Shown here: piece after piece, positions 52,308 through 64,000 of the stretch
Layout of the letters: every line of letters begins with the position of its first letter
Position numbering within the stretch: the stretch's first letter is position 1
The notes under the pieces: generated by a model
Seen by the model: the letters and a program-made list of their open reading frames with translations, nothing else
Database searches by the model: none
Told to the model about the DNA's origin: nothing
Program-made: the position numbers and the translations under genes
Source of the DNA: Macrostomum lignano
Taxonomy: Eukaryota
Length of the DNA: 64,000 bases
Reading direction: 5' to 3'
Assembly (NCBI GenBank): GCA_002269645.1
Contig: NIVC01003618.1
Coordinates: 23,278-87,277 of the forward strand

Positions 52308-55300
52308 ATGCACCCGAAACTGCGGCAGCTGCAGCATCTGCAAGATCGTCAGCGTCAGCGGTGGCGGCGTCGCCCGCACTCTCGCACTGCAGCGGCTGCG
52401 GCAGCGATGGCGGGGGTGTACACGGACTCTGGGCGGCTGCTGCTCGGTGGCATGGCTGTGGGGCTGCTCAGCCTGCTGCTTACATTTGCGGGTCTGCAGT
52501 TGGCCCGTCTCGGCGGACTGCGGCACCCCGCTGAGCCCGAAGCTCCTGTTGAGTCGGTGATGAACCGAACTCTTCGAGGAGCTGAGAACCGCCCCGCAAC
52601 GGTCGCTTCCCCAACTGACGGTGGCAGCGGCGGCGACGGCGGCAGCGGCAGCGGCGGCGGTAGTGGTGGCGACGGCGGCAGCGGCAGCGGCGGCGGTAGT
52701 GGTGGCGACGGCGGCAGCGGCAGCGGCGGTAGTAGTGGTGGCGACGGCGGCAGCGGTAGCGGCGGCGGTAGTGGTGGCGACGGCGGCAGCGGTAGCGGCG
52801 GCGGTAGTGGTGGCGACGGCGGCAGCGGCAGCGGCGGCGGTAGTGGTGGAGGTGGCAGGAGCGGCAGCGGCGGCGGTAGTGGTGGCGACGGCAGCAACGG
52901 CAGCAACGGCAGTAGTGGTGGAGGTGGCAGGAGCGGCAGCGGCAGCGGTAGTGGTGGAGGTGGCAGGAGCGGCAGCGGCAGCGGCAGCAGTGGTGGAGGT
53001 GGAGGCAGCGGCAACTTGAAGTTGAATGCTCGGAACGGGACGAAGGGGCGACCGCTTCCCCTGCCGGGCACCAGCGATAGGCCAAAGTTTTTCTTCAACG
53101 AGGTGAGTCTACCGAGCATTTTGGACTGTCAAAGCAGGGCGTCTGCGACTTAGAAGGCCATGGGCACCAACAAGGGCTTAGCTGATTATTCAAGCGATTT
53201 CAGCCTGGAGGTGTTTGAGGACTGAGTTAAAATTTACTATAAACGATATGATTTTGTCACTGCTAAATTATTAGAATTGTTTTGCTAGTGAACCAAATTT
53301 TCAAATTTTGTACTTATCATAACAGTATTCCCTAGCAACCGCCGTAAGATTGTAATCCCTAATAGAGTCAGTCCTACAGGGTGCAGTACTCAGTGCTCAA
53401 TTCTCAAACTTATGGGTTCTTGTCGCGAGTGCTCGCAATCTCCCTGAGTCAGGGCGGGGTTATGCAGGCTGCCTTCAACAAGGTGTCGGGACGCACTGGC
53501 TGGCGTTACGGAAGGCATGTTGGCGTCTGGACACAGTGGCAAGGCAAAGCAAGGCACTTACTTCGTGGGCACTGCTGCACTGGCGCAAGAGCTCGAACCC
53601 GACCGGACGTCTCAATCAATGTACCCGCATTTAGATATTGCCGTTGCCAGGGTCCGCGCGAGAGGGACAGCAAGGGGGCGAGATGCATGTGGGTGCACAC
53701 GACATAATATTACACGGCATACAGCTTAGGAGACATTAAAAATATTTCTACGATTTTGCTGACCTCGCCACTCCCTGTTGGCCCATTTCAAGTCCTTGCT
53801 GCGACGTCAGCGCCGATACCAACACGAGTACATCTTGTTCGTCAACAACCAAGGCGGATACGACGGGGAACGCTGGTGGTACTGCTTTCGTACTGACACG
53901 TGCTGGGGCTACAGGCAAGGACAAGGACAGGCCGTCGCTTCATACGATATGCTACAGAGGTGTACTTTCAGCAGAAACTACCAATACGAGGTTCCAATAA
54001 TGATTTCTAAGTTCAACCCACTCAAGAGACTCTACCGATACAGACATTACGCAAAGAAAATTCCTAGATATTTATGGTGTTTCAAACACCCATGGTCTGG
54101 CGACTGCCATTCATGGTGGAGATATTCCAGGTGAGTAAACATCATTTTTAGAGCCATTATTTTAGATTGGTAGCTGAGGAGCTCAGGGACAGGAAATTCC
54201 TGCAGCTTCTAGAATCGAGAGCTCCCTAGCTGTGCGTACAGGTGATTGTCCATGGAACACGGAAGTGGCGCTCCCGATAATAGGAGGACCCTGTTGTGTC
54301 ATGCAGTAAAGAAGACGAACGACTTGAATGTTTTATTTAGGCTCCGCGATCGACTTTTCGCAGATACGAGCTAACTCTCGCTTATTATCAAGTAATCAAA
54401 ATTTGCTCTAAGATGTTTAATAGCCAACTAAAACGCGTGACACAGCAGGGCTAACAAAGATACAAATAAACTTTGTAAAAACTTTATTAAAGCTTCATAG
54501 TAACTGTTTGGCACACAGTTCATAATTGGTAAATTCTAACCAAAAATGCACCCCTATTTAGTTATGATACTGGCTATCCTGCCGGCTACAATGACATCAT
54601 CGTACAGCTCTTAGTGGATATGAATTACCATGACTACATAGCAACGGGCGCTGCCAGAACAGCAATTCTCAACCATCTGATGGTTGAATGCAGAATTCTA
54701 TACTCTACTTTAACGCATTCTAATAAGCCGTACTATAAAAATCCTGCCCCGACTGCCTACGCCACGGTGCTGGCGTACTACGGCCGCTGCATATATGGCT
54801 ACCCTAAATATTGCCCAGACCCGTGCAAGAACCCGCATGCCTGCTCCGGAGATAACATGTTGTCCTCTTGCTACGCCATCGTGCCACCCAATCGGCACGA
54901 AGAGAACAAGTACCAAAAACAGATTGCGGATGAGTTCAAAGCTTTGAAGAAGATTTTCGCCAGAGTTGCCTACTGCACCTGCACGTCTGGCTTTAAGTAC
55001 AACATAGAAACGGAGGTCTGCGAACTCCTGCCTTTCAAATGCAGGCAGGACAGCGAGTGCTTGAACAATGGACGATGCGAAGGTGTGTCTCCGGAAATAG
55101 AGCAGCTCATTGGTAAGCGCCTCACAAGTGGGGCAACTGTGCCATTGAAATTTTACTGTCGTAAGAAGAATCTTTAGAAGAGCTCAATCACGACCATCAA
55201 AGCCTATCAGAGCCCCTCATCAGAGCCCATTTAGACGCAAGCACTTGGCGCCTCAGAAACGTTTAGAAAAGTCTTGTTTGGAAAAGATTTAGAACTCGTG

Positions 55301-57008
55301 GCAGGATCTTTGAGTGTAAACGTGACCATGAATGGTATTGACTGAGACCCCGCTTAAAATCCGTGCAGAAACACTCTTACTATGCGTGTAGCTCGCATGG
55401 TATGAATAGGGCGGGGGGCAGACCTGACCTAATCTTCCTACACTAATCTACAGGTTATGAAATCTGTGTACTGCGCAGAGTCCCGGTTACCTTGATGATT
55501 ACAAAGTGTTCTACGAGTAACTTGTCCTGTGGTGACGCTGTCTGGACGGGGGGGCATCACAAACCCGGAAAAACATGGTTCGAAAATCGTTTTCCATCAT
55601 AAACCCGAAATATCATAAACTCGAAATACATGTATCATAACTCCGAAAACCAAAATAGCAATCCCCGTCATAAACCCGAAATATCACAAAGACATAGATT
55701 ACTCGCAAAGCGTATACCTGCAGGACGGAGAACCGCTTTGTCATGCAGCTTGTGAGCGTTGGGTCCAAGAAACAATGGGGCGCACTGAGTACAGACGAAG
55801 CGCATTGGGTGCACTGGGTACTGAGCCTCTAGCGGCTCTATTCACTACAAATAAATAATTCGAAGTAGTCAGGCCTGGGACGGAATAAAATTGCTTTTCC
55901 TAGCAAATGCCTGCCTGCACCCCCTGTAAGACTGAGGCTTTGTTAGCTTTCATCTGCAGCCTCAGCAGCGGCACCGACTCTCTTGGCCCGCAGGCCGCTC
56001 GTACAACTGCAAGTGCCCCCCGGCTTGGCAGGGACTCCGCTGCGAGGAGGCGCGCGACCCGTGCCTTGAACCGGACAACCGGGCCAGCTGCGGCGACTTC
56101 GAGTGCCGCCGAAGCCCCACGGACAGCATATACGGCTTTGTGTGCATCTGCTCTACGGGCTTCACCCTCACAAGGCAGCAGGGCAAGCCGTCCTGCCGCG
56201 ACATCAACGAATGCGCCGTCTCCGCGCCTTGTCGCAACGGCGGCGAGTGCCACAACCTGCAGGGCTCCTTTGAGTGCATCTGCAGCCGGTCGTACAGCGG
56301 ATCGCTGTGCGAGATTCCACCTCCGGAGCCTTACTGGATGGACTGGGGGCCCTGGACTGAATGCTCAGTCACTTGCTCTGTGGGTCTGCAGCACCGCCAG
56401 AGGAATTGCTCCTTGGAGAGCAGCTGCGTTGGGTCCAAGAAGGACTTCAAGACCTGCTTGGTGAGTTTGTTGTGTCATGGCAACGGGTGTCCCAAAAGTT
56501 CTTGTTAGATCTTGCCTACATGTTGTTAGTCCCTGTCATCATGGGATCTCCCGCAAAGTTTGCTCTTTCACAGCACAAAAATGGTCCTTAGTGTTCACTG
56601 AAACATCTCTGAATTGTCCGCTGCATGAGATGTATGTTGCACCGCGCACCATTCTTCGTCAATGAAAAAATTAGTACACCGAAGCCACGAACTTTGAACC
56701 GCCGTCGGCAGGGCAGACACATGGACTGCGTGCTGGCCTCACTGGGCGACGTCAGTGTCGAGGAGCTGGCCGGGGGCGCGGGCTGGCGCGCCGAAGAGGA
56801 CAACATCCTGGACGACGCGTGGTACTTTCGCGAGTTCCAGCTGCTGCGATTGGGCCTGAATAATCGGTTCATGGCGGAGGACGAGTTCGTGTCCGACTTG
56901 GAGGACGTGCTCGATCAGTACATCCACATCATCGCTTTGGCAGGCGTGGTCCAGGCCGCAGTGCTGCTGCTGCTGTGCAAGCGAATTCGGGTTCAAGTGA
57001 GGCAGTGA
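52308..57008 (+). CDS. Orphan membrane protein: N-terminal hydrophobic segment, Gly/Ser linker, aromatic/Cys-rich region, ~4 EGF-like modules (one Ca-binding), TSP1, C-terminal TM; exons 52308-53102, [uncertain ~53387-53690], 53793-54130, 54562-55112, 55994-56460, 56712-57008
   Basis: Phase-consistent GT-AG junctions; DINECAVSAPCRNGGECHNLQGSFECICSRSYSGSLCE (cbEGF); WMDWGPWTECSVTCSVGLQHRQRNC (TSP1); TM IHIIALAGVVQAAVLLLLC followed by KRIR. The link to exon 1 and the start codon (52308 vs 52407) are less certain. Confidence 0.75.
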
Positions 57009-58099
57009 AGCAGTGGCGAATCCTGTTGTTGGGGCTGGAAAAATGAGTGGCCCGCTGTTTACCGACCAATTGTTTATTACGAAGTACACATTGCTTGTTA
57101 TTCACATCTCGTTTTTGACAGGTTCGTCAGCTTTCGACAGCCTCTGTAAAATTTGAGCGTATCTTGAAGTCAAATGCTACTGCGGTTAGGATATGCATGC
57201 AGTACGATTCCATGGATGCTGTGGATAGCCCCTAACCTTCACACGATAAACGCCTACAAGCGATTATTTAAGCCTGATTGCAGCAGACGGATATCAATAA
57301 ATATTATTTGGAAGAGTTTGTTGAGTCGAATCTGTTGTCAAGTTTGTTTCAAAATTTCAAGAGACTTGTATGAGTTTCCTTATTTTATTTTTAGTCACGC
57401 GATGAAGCAAGTGCTCCGATCGTCATCTTCGAATACTTCACCTGGTCACCTGGTCACCTGTTACTTTACCTGGTTGCTTTGCTTTGTACGGCTATGCTCT
57501 GGGCTGTGAAGAATATGCTGAGAAAGCCCGCCTACTCCACTTAGGTAGGAAATACCCCACTTGGGTAGATAATACCCCCCCCCCTTAAGGCAGAAAGTAC
57601 TTCACTTGGATAGAAAATACCCTATCGATGGAATTCAGAAGAGAATAGAATGAGAATGAGAAATATTTACTGGAATTCGACTACCAGCAGCTTATCTGAT
57701 CAACCTATCAGTTGAATGACTCACGATTACGAGCTATCATCAGTTGTTCATGAGGTTAATAACTGAATCATTAAATCCCGTACTACACACGCTCGTACTT
57801 CATTCACATTCATCTAAATTAAAATGAATGATCTTAAGAGCCTGGGAAGCTGTGGAAGGTTGTGTGAAGGCTCACGAAGGAGACCCTGAGACTCATTAGA
57901 GTAGGAAATGGAAGCTAATAGTGTATAATATAAATTTACGATGGTCAAAACTTGTTAAAACCATTGAGATAAAGCTACTGGTTTGCTATGAATGAATGCC
58001 ATAGACAAAAACGGCTCCTTTGCCCCGAGTGCATGCTTATTATTAGCTAATACCATTATTGACAAGCACGGATGCATTTGACTCTTGGAGGACAGCTTC

Positions 58100-61000
58100 A
58101 TGGAAATGACTGCCAGACCGCATATTGTCTGCTGTTGCTGCTGCTTTCTTCTGCTCCTGCTGGCGGCCAGTGGCTGGGCCCAGTCACTCGGCTTGACTTT
58201 CTGCCAGTCTGGCAATGACACATTGAGCAGCGGCCAGGACCTGCCGACTACTTTAAATGCCTCCATGAAGCAGCCGGTGAAGAACGCTATCGGCAAGGAC
58301 GTGGCCAAGGCTTGCTTGGACCAGCTGGAGCAGACGGCCCGGGAATGCAACCACTTCTACGTACTCGAGGCCAACCAGAGTGCCATCCTGCAGTCCGAGG
58401 TCTGCAGCGAGAACGAAAAGCAGGTAGCTGGTCAGCGCCTATCACTGTAACCCATCACTGTAACCGCACACCCATCACTGTAACCCACCACTGTAACCCA
58501 CCACTGTAACCGCACACTCACCACTGTAACACACCACTGTAACAGCACACACACCACTGTAACCGACCACTGTAACCGCACACCCATCACTGTAACCGAC
58601 CACTGTAACGGCACACTCACCACTGTAACACACCACTGTAACAGCACACACACCACTGTAACCAACCACTGTAACCGCACACCCATCACTGTAACTGACC
58701 ACTGTAACCGCACACTCACCACTGTAACACACCACTGTAACAGCACACCCACCACTGTAACCGACCACTGTAACCGCACACCCATCACTGTAACCGACCA
58801 CTGTAACCGCACACTTACCACTGTAACAAACCACTGTAACAGCACACCCATCTCTGTAACCCACCACTGTAACCGCACACACAGACCACTGTAACCCACC
58901 ACTATAACCGCACACCCATCTCTGTAACCCACCACTATAATCGCACACCCATCTCTGTAACCCACCACTATAACCCACCACTGTAACCTACCACTATAAC
59001 CGCACACCCATCTCTGTAACCCACCACTGAAACCGCACACTCACCACTGTAACACACCACTGTAACAGCACACCCACCACTGTAACCGACCACTATAACC
59101 TCACACCCATCTCTGTAACCCACCACTGTAACCGCACACTCACCACTGTAACAGCACACCCACCACTGTAACCGACCACTGTAACCGCACACCCATCACT
59201 GTAACCTACCACTATAACCGCACACCTATCTCTGTAACCCACCACTGTAACCGCACACTCACCACTGTAACTGACCACTGTAACCGCACACTCACCACTG
59301 TAACCCACCACTGTAACCGACCACTGTAACCGACCACTGTCACCCAGCTCGTCTGTCGCCTAATCTATCGTCCCAAAGCGCGTTCAGAATTGAATTTGTA
59401 GTCTTGAAAGTCTCGGTTTTGATTAAGATCAAAAAATAAAATGCAACGCCAACCTACACTGGCAACCCTCAGCTGTCACAGCTGATCAAATCCATGCACT
59501 GGAAAGTGGCGCTGCGCAGTGAAAACAAACACCAGGCGTTGTTCAAATATCCCGTGGTCGGCTCGAATCCCGACTGGATGCACTTGCAGCCTGAGATCTC
59601 CGACAAGATTAAGTGGATAGATGTGGTCACTCTACCGCAGAAGAGCCAGCTGTGCATCACAAGGACCGGACAGCTTCGCTTCATACAGTTTAAGGTAAAT
59701 ATGCAAGCATTTTAGCATTTAGGCTGTCTTGCGCGCTGTTACATCATCGGGTGCATGGGAGCTTTACCTCGGCCGGTGGCAACATTTCGTGCATTGACAA
59801 AATCTCAGAGCCCCCATGACCCCCAGCAGTGCCAATCATATTTTCTGACTAATCCAACACCCGCTCAGCCGGAGATGGCGGGAACGTACGCTGTGTTCAA
59901 GAATATCGGGACCACCTATCCGAAGGGTAGCATCGAGAGCCGCGTGCTGCAACTTCTGGGGGCCACTTACCACCACGTGGACTTTGTCTACGACTCGCTG
60001 GAGTACTTCGACCGCGTCCCGGTTCGTGAGCGGCTGCCGCCTCTCTCGCCAAAGGTCACGCCGGCAAGGATGTTCAGTTCGGAGCCGAACCTGCGCTACC
60101 AGTACCGCTCATTGCCCGAACCGCTCCAAGCGGTTCCCATGGAGGCGCTGATTCCGAATTCAACTGCAAATGGCGCCCTGCCGAAGTTCCGCTATCCAAA
60201 AAATGTGTTCAAAGACCTGAATATCGACATGATGTGGGCGCCACCCCCGAACCTGCAGGAGTTCAGCAGCTGGTCGCCAGCATGCGGTGAGTCCTGGAAC
60301 AGGCCTTCTGGAGAAGCGATCGATTTTGTCTGCTTGAATGGAAGGTTGCTATGGTAACTAGGTGGAGCTAGTCTCGGCATCTCGTGCGACCTGCTCATTC
60401 CCCAAGGCACCAAGCTAATCTCAGCATCTCGTGCAACCCGCTCATTCCCCAAGGCACCAAGCTAATCTCAGCATCTCGTGCAACCCGCTCATTCCCCATT
60501 CCCCAAGGCACCAAGCTAATCTCAGCATCTCGTGCAACCCGCTCATTCCCCATTCCCCAAGGCACCAAGCTAATCTCAGCATCTCGTGCAACCCGCTCAT
60601 TCCCCAAGGCACCAAGCTAATCTCAGCATCTCGTGCAACCCGCTCATTCCCCAAGGCACCAAGCTAATCTCAGCATCTCGTGCAACCCGCTCATTCCCCA
60701 AGGCACCAAGCTAATCTCAGCATCCCGTGCAACCCGCTCATTCCCCAAGGCACCAAGCTAATCTCAGCATCCCGTGCAACCCGCTCATTCCCCAAGGCAC
60801 CAAGCTAATCTCAGCATCCCGTGCAACCCGCTCATTCCCCAAGGCACCAAGATAACTCGAATGCGCTTCATGCGCTGTGTTATTGACTTGGACCTCAGCA
60901 AAATGGAGAAACGGCTCAGGCTGTTCAAGGACAGTTACAAACTGCAGTGGGATTACCTGGCCAATACCAGGCACTTTGAGTACAGGAAAGGCGATGGCCT

Positions 61001-63554
61001 GGCAATGCTGTACCTGCTTCACGTTCTGGCGATGCGGCTCAAGGTGCAGCTACTTGTAAGCCAGTGCGCGGATCCGGTCTCATTTCATATCGTATCTGTC
61101 TCGGACAATTTGCAAGATCAAGTCGATTGCTAATAGCAAGAGAATTTCGATTTGAATTTGTTGGATTTGGCTTTTTAGTTTACTCTCCAACTTAAAAGAG
61201 TGAGGGTCAACTTTCGGAATGGGCGTCAACGCCTCCCGCTGTATCCGGATGCCGGAGCCCCCTGCAGCTGAGTCAAGAGGGTCAATTTCTTCAACTGACT
61301 GGGCCAATTGACGAAAAATCTCAACATAAAATGTTGGCTTTATACTTATTATTTATGATTTATCTCGCAGGACGAGGCGCGGGAGACCACAGGCCGCCGT
61401 CCGCTCTACTCAGCAGGACTGCGCTGGACAGAGAAGGGCACGGACAGGATGGGCACGGTGGTGCTGTACAAGCTGCGCATCCCCTGCCACTACACCCTGC
61501 TGCACCACCTGCCCAACAAGACTGTGGGTGCCGAGGGCAGAGCCAGCCTAGAGGTAACGAAGATCCAGAACACGGGCGAACGGGAGCAGGGCGTCCGACT
61601 GTGCGGTCTCGCCGACCCGCTGGAGCTGCTGCGCATGATGGGTCAGGTGCTGGTGGCGCAGCTCAAGCGGCTAGTCAACATGATCCGGCGCAGACCGGTG
61701 GTGCCGCAGCGCAGCGTTGTGACCAGGTGCGCCTCGGGTACCGCTGGTCCACTCTGAGTTCCAAATAGACTAGAAGTTTTCTGTACGAGCTATTGTAAAT
61801 ATGAGGGCGGAGCAGTTCAGGTGTCCGACTGTCGTGCGCGACCAAATTCATTTGCAGTTCGCACCCTGCGAGGGCCAAACCTCAGCACACAGAGAGTGTG
61901 CATGGCCTGACGATTAGAAAGTCAGGACTGCTTTACACCCTGTGTGAGCGTGTGTATGAGTGCTTGTGTCTGCGAAGGCGTTGCCTGGGTGTGTCCACAG
62001 CCCTTCTAAATATTGTTTTTTCAAGTGCGATTTTCAGGTTGAGCTAAAGTTTTTAAGTGCATCGGTAGACTATAGCTAGCTGTGCGCAGCTACTACTACG
62101 TTACTCTCGTGCGTTTTTCCTCTGAACAGATGCACCAAGCTCTGGCTGCGCATGGCTAACTGAAAGGCTTATTGCTTGCGTGTCTCCAAGTGGTGTTTCA
62201 GCTCCAAGCAAGCTTTTTCAGCATTTTTTAATCCAGAGGTTTAGTCTTTCAACTGAGGAAGTCCATAGCCAAGGAGTAAGGAAAAGTGCAGCTGGCCAAG
62301 TCACCCCTACGGCTCTGCATTCAATTCAACTGTATTGCTATGAGCTGTACTACCTCTTAAATGCGTGTCAAATTTCGAGTCCGAACCCGTCAGCGTCATG
62401 GACAGCATCACATGATGGCCAATTAATAGTCTCCCAATTTTTCAAGCCTGAGTACTTGACTTAGTGTTGTTATTTACTTTATTTATTAAACTTTGCCTTG
62501 TTCTTGACTTCTGCATCTCAGCATTCGCATGCACAGTACATAAACCATAGGAGATTACCGCGTATATTCAGTTGTTATTCACGCACTTCACCGATTCCTT
62601 TCAGCGGCAAAACGCTATACATGAAGTGCCCCGTGGACCTGGTGACATTCGAGCGACCGGCTTGCAACCTGGTTGACAAGGAGGACAATATTCTGTGGAC
62701 TCTGAATGGCAAAAGCATGCGCTTCTTCAGTGCCAGTGTAGAGCGCGGCCCCTCTCTTACAGACGAATGCGCCCTCACCGTTAAAAATATCCAGCTTAAC
62801 GATGCCGGCGAGTACGTCTGCTACCGGACTCTCTTGGGTGAGCTCGGGAAAACTGCTAGAAGAAATGCAATGGTTCTTTTAGGACATGCAGCTATAGCTT
62901 CTCAGTCATACTGTACAAGCATTCAGTGAGGTAAATACTGTGTAAAGGCTGTGCGTTTCGACTTTTTCATTTTGGTTGACCATCATCATCATCATCATCA
63001 CCATCATCATGTAGACTCAATTACCACGCGTCTGTATAGTTATGACCCCATTCCATTAACCAGGTTCTCACTCGGTTGAGGATAAGCCCGCCTATCGCCA
63101 CTTCGTGGAGGTTGTACGACCGGAGTTTGACCCGCCACCAGTCGAGGAGGTGTACTTCGGCATGACAATGTGCATCGTGTGGAACGCCTTCATGGTGTTA
63201 TTGTGGTCCTTGGTGTCCATCGTTCGCAGTTTCCTGAGCTTGCTTGGCAGGGAGCCCGAGGGTCCCAACCAGCCAGAAGTTTGGACAAGTTTCTTCGATG
63301 ACGACCCAACTCTGGGCGACATAAATGACGAAGAGGATTCCGACAAGACGGACTCCGACGAAGATGATGATGATGACGATGAGTCACTAGAAGACTTGGA
63401 AATGTCTGAACTTTCAGACAACTTCGAAAAAGACAAGAAGAAAAGTGAGGAGAGCGAATCCAAGACTCAAGCGAAGTCAAAGCGCAACAAGGAGCAGCAC
63501 AATAGCAGTCGGTGGCGCCGCGTCAGAACGTGGGTGAAGAAGAAAAAGGATTGA
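58100..63554 (+). CDS. Orphan type-I membrane protein with signal peptide, one membrane-proximal Ig domain, TM and an acidic/basic tail; 7 exons (58100-58423, 59473-59694, 59869-60286, 60844-61043, 61371-61726, 62605-62837, 63064-63554), ~747 aa
   Basis: Signal peptide ..CCCCCFLLLLLAASGWAQ; all six introns are GT-AG and phase-consistent; Ig pattern GKTLYMKC..ILWTLNG..LTVKNIQLNDAGEYVCY; TM YFGMTMCIVWNAFMVLLWSLVSIV; alternative in-frame splice sites exist at several junctions. Confidence 0.75.
58440..59345. repeat. Degenerate intronic repeat built on CACTGTAAC
   Basis: Irregular short units filling intron 1 of the Ig gene. Confidence 0.92.
60368..60851 (+). repeat. 47-bp tandem repeat containing the intron-3 acceptor (GCACCAAG CTAATCTCAGCATCTCGTGCAACCCGCTCATTCCCCAAG)
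   Basis: 10 TTCCCCAAG|G junctions; the last one (60843) borders the coding exon. Confidence 0.95.
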
Positions 63555-64000
63555 GGGAGGGACGATGCTCGAATGGTTTGCGTAGCTATGGTATTCGGCC
63601 TTTGGCTTGTACATGTGTATTGCCTCAGCTTACATGCTCACGTTTAGGCCGCTGTGTCATACATTAGTTATACATTAGCAATTGCTTCTCCGCTTAAGGT
63701 TTAGTCAAGCAAACGCAATGTACTTTAAATAAAACAGAGGACCAATAAATAAGGAAGTAGCAACACAGCAAGCTACAGCATAAATGTATTACAGTAAGTT
63801 ATGTATTTGATATATCTGCATTATAGCTGCATAATCTGCATTGCTGAGATGTAGCATTATAAGCTTCACTTAAATATTATGAAACGGCCAGCAGGGCAGC
63901 TGGGTGAGTTATGTGTTGAGCTCAGTATAGTATGAATGCCTGTTTTGGTTGGGAGCTGCACAGGTTAGCAGCCATGTAGACCGTACTATCGTTGTAATAG

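Overview
Eukaryotic (animal) genomic DNA with GC-rich exons, GT-AG introns and a dense mosaic of micro- and minisatellites (about one third of the window by my coordinate tally). This style suggests a free-living flatworm such as Macrostomum, which is an inference only. I built five spliced protein-coding genes by hand, checking splice phases: lipin/phosphatidate phosphatase (+, 960-4078, with a 1-nt frameshift near codon 13), a divergent DEG/ENaC channel (+, 17980-21314), CFAP77 (-, 36906-34150), an orphan EGF/TSP1 membrane protein (+, 52308-57008) and an orphan signal-peptide/Ig/TM protein (+, 58100-63554). Mobile DNA comprises a hAT MITE with a perfect 8-bp TSD, a ~10-kb head-to-tail cluster of non-autonomous Helitron-like elements carrying satellites, a mariner HTH fragment, a spliced Crypton-like tyrosine-recombinase C-terminus, a Harbinger-like MITE with a CTG TSD and tRNA-like SINE heads. 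The most unusual observation is that two intronic minisatellites are tandem amplifications of the splice junction itself: 10 copies of a branch point plus 3' acceptor in the Ig gene, and 3 copies of the 5' donor in CFAP77. In each case only the copy bordering the coding exon keeps the reading frame. There is no CRISPR array, rRNA or complete tRNA. Most long ORFs in the track are by-products of tandem repeats.
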